From positions 120,220,001-120,284,000 of the forward strand of contig NC_058368.1 of NCBI RefSeq assembly GCF_018350175.1: DNA of 64,000 nt, read 5' to 3'. This document shows, piece after piece, positions 61,507-64,000 of the stretch. The stretch comes from Felis catus (taxonomy: Eukaryota). Numbering within the stretch: the stretch's first letter is position 1; every line of letters begins with the position of its first letter. The translations under genes and the position numbers were made by a program. The notes under the pieces were generated by a model that did not search any database, was not told where the DNA came from, and saw only the letters and a list, made by a program, of their open reading frames with translations.

Positions 61507-62533
61507 GTTCTGCACACCAAAGGAAACAGTCAAAAAAATAAAAGACATCCAATGGAATGGGAGAAGATATTTGCACATGACATATTGGATAAAGAGTTAG
61601 TATCCAAAATCTATAAAGAACTTTCCAAATTCATCACCCCCAAATACTAACAATCCAGTGAAGAAATGGGCAGAACACATGAATAGACACTTTTCCAAAG
61701 AAGACATCCAGATGTCATCATCAGGGAAATACAAATCAAAACCACAATGAGATACCACCTTGCGCTGGTCAGAATGGCTAAAATTAACAACTCGGGAAAC
61801 AACAGATGTTGGTGAGGATGTGCAGAAAGCGGAACACTTTTGCACTATTGGTGGGAATGCGAACTGGTGCAGCCACTCTGGAAAACAGTGTGGAGGTTCC
61901 TCAAAAAATTAAAAATAGAACTACTCTACGACCCAGCAATTGCACTACTAGGAATTTATCCAAAGGATAGATTTGAAGGGACACATGCACCCCAATGTTT
62001 ATAAAAGTGCTGTCAACAATAGCCAAATTATGGAAAGAGCCCACATATCCATCGACTGATGACTGGATAAAGAAGATACGGTATATGTATACAATGGAAT
62101 ACTACTCAATGATGAAAAAGAATGAAATCTTGCCGTTTGCAACAACATGGATAGAACTGGAGGGTATTATGCTAAACAAAATAATTCAGAGAAAGACAAA
62201 TATCACATGATTTCACTCCTATGTGAAATTTAAGAAACAAAACAGATGAACATAGGGGAAGAGAAGGAAAAAATAAGAAAAAAACAGGGAGGCAATCATA
62301 AGAGATACATAAATACAGAGAACAAACTGGGGTTCACTAGAGAGGTTGTGGGGGTGGGTACAATGGGTGATGGGCATTAAGGAGGGCATTTTTCAGGATG
62401 AGCACTGGGTGTCATATATAAGGGATGAATCCCTGGGTTCTACTCCTGCAGCCAAGACCACACTGTATGCTAACTAACTTGAAAATAAATTAATAAATAA
62501 AGTCCTTTTCCAACTTTAAACAAACAAACAAAC
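61507..62533 (+). mobile_element. 5'-truncated carnivore L1 (ORF2 C-terminus and 3' UTR) with small internal deletions
   Basis: ORF 61995-62210 (MEYYS..KKNEILPFATTW.ELEGIML); 15-bp TSD AAAC[T/C]AAGAGGTGGT at 61492-61506 and 62534-62548. Confidence 0.95.
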
Positions 62534-62734
62534 AAACCAAGAGGTGGTAACCCAGCTGAAATCAATCACAGCCGTTTTGCTTGATTAGTTTTTTACTGGT
62601 GTGTAGGGCCAAACAATGAAAAGGGGAAGAAAAAAAAAACAAAACACTATCCATTTCCTGTATTACTCTCTGTCTGTATATAGGCTTGATTCTTCTTGCT
62701 TATTTGGAGTTTGTCCTGAAGTAATTTCTTTAGT

Positions 62735-63560
62735 TAATCCCATAAAAATTTACTGGGCACCTACTTATGTAAACACTACGGACATAGGGTAGTACTCACG
62801 TCACATCATCTCTATGTTAGGGTACATAGAACTCCATACCCTGTATGCCCTTTTATAAAGAATAGAGTTTAAATTAAAAAGAAATTTATACATAATCCAA
62901 TTTCAAATAGTAATACATTTTATAGAAAGAAACACTGCATGATAAAATAATGTCCCATGCCTGGGGGACGGGAGTGGTTTACTAAAATAGGGTGGGCGGG
63001 GGAGTCTTCTTTGAAGAAGTGATCTTTGAATTGAGACCCAGAGAAGTCAGTAGAAGCAGTCATCCAGTGCTCTGGGGCAGGGAACTTTGAGGAAGAAGAC
63101 TCAGCAAATACAAAGACTGTAAAATGCAGATAATGAGTAAATAAGGGGCACAGACCAGGCTGATAGGAATGGAGCAGAGACAACCCTGGGCAAAGTACAC
63201 AAATGTGGAATAGACAAAGATCTATTCTCTAAGTCCTGGCAGTCCATAGGAAGGGGCGCAGCTTTTATTTCAGCTTTAGCAGGAAGTCATTGAAAAAGTT
63301 TAAGGAAAAACCAAAAGGATCAAGTTTGATCTTTAAAAATGTCTCTCCAGTTGCGAACAGGGTATACCAGGTCATGCTTGGAAGCAGAGAAAGCAGTTAG
63401 GAGGTAGACACTTCAGGCCTAATGAGAAGGTTACACTGGTTTGGACCAAGGTGAGAGCTGTAAAGTTGGCAAGAAATCACTCTGTTCAGGATATATTGTG
63501 ATATACCCATGCAGATGACCAATTCTTCATTGAGGATGAATAAAACCAAAACCAGCGTTG
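62735..63560 (-). mobile_element. L2 fragment
   Basis: TTTGAAGAAGTGATCTTTGAATTGAGACC...GGAAGCAGAGAAAGCAGTTAGGAGG...GGTTTGGACCAAGGTG...TTCAGGATATATT. Confidence 0.75.
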
Positions 63561-63716
63561 GGATACTGGGTCCGAAGGCAAGAATGAAAGTGTTATCATT
63601 AAGTGCTATCAGAGAACTAATACCATTATCTTTCATTTTTCTTCAAACAATTACTCTTGAGTGCCAGGCCTGGTGCTAATCGCTGAAGAGACACAGCTGA
63701 ATTGCATGCGTGTGTG

Positions 63717-63810
63717 TTTAATTTATTTATTTCTATTCAATTAGGTTAACATACAGTGTTGTATTGGTTTCAGGATTCCAGTGATTCATCACTTCCATAT
63801 ATCACCCATG
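63717..63810 (-). mobile_element. Short carnivore L1 3' terminus
   Basis: GTTAACATACAGTGTTGTATTGGTTTCAGGA...AGTGATTCATCACTT. Confidence 0.8.
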
Positions 63811-64000
63811 TTTTTTTCAAAAATTTTAAAAAACCTTTTTGACAGTTTTATTGGCATAATTACAGTATAGCCAAAATAATAAATTTAGGTGTAAGATATC
63901 AAAGCGAATGAAAATAAAATATTTTACTTTTATATTTTTGGCTGAAGAATGATTTTCAGAGCTGAATAATTTCCTCTGTTGTCTCTGCATTTCATGTATA

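Noticed and set aside
1..64000. CRISPR arrays, operons or other prokaryotic systems; CpG island or host promoter
   Set aside because: The sequence is mammalian with no repeat-spacer array, and CpG-rich patches are confined to young SINEs, the GAC repeat and the LTR

Overview
AT-rich, CpG-depleted mammalian genomic DNA from a felid (most likely domestic cat), judged from about 16 Can-SINE/SINEC copies and carnivore/feline L1 3' ends. I find no credible host protein-coding gene. The only recognisable protein signal is decayed L1 ORF2 and a decayed ERV-L gag/pro/pol, so the window is intronic or intergenic. It is a layered transposon record: ancient MIR, L2, L3, MER58, MaLR and ERV-L; L1MC/ME; then carnivore L1 and SINEC insertions, many with readable target-site duplications (TSDs). 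The most unusual element is a 1034-bp solo LTR of betaretrovirus (ERV-K/MMTV-like) design at 52165-53198 (minus strand, 6-bp TSD). Its U3 has a 201-codon frame interrupted only by TGA codons, and it contains an exact internal copy of its own insertion junction. Smaller oddities include a 3'-truncated 5S rRNA copy fused to an antisense L1-like piece, an orphan 155-bp TSD-flanked insertion, and a (GAC)8 microsatellite. Repeat subfamily names come from my recall of consensus motifs, not from a database search. Boundaries without a stated TSD are approximate.
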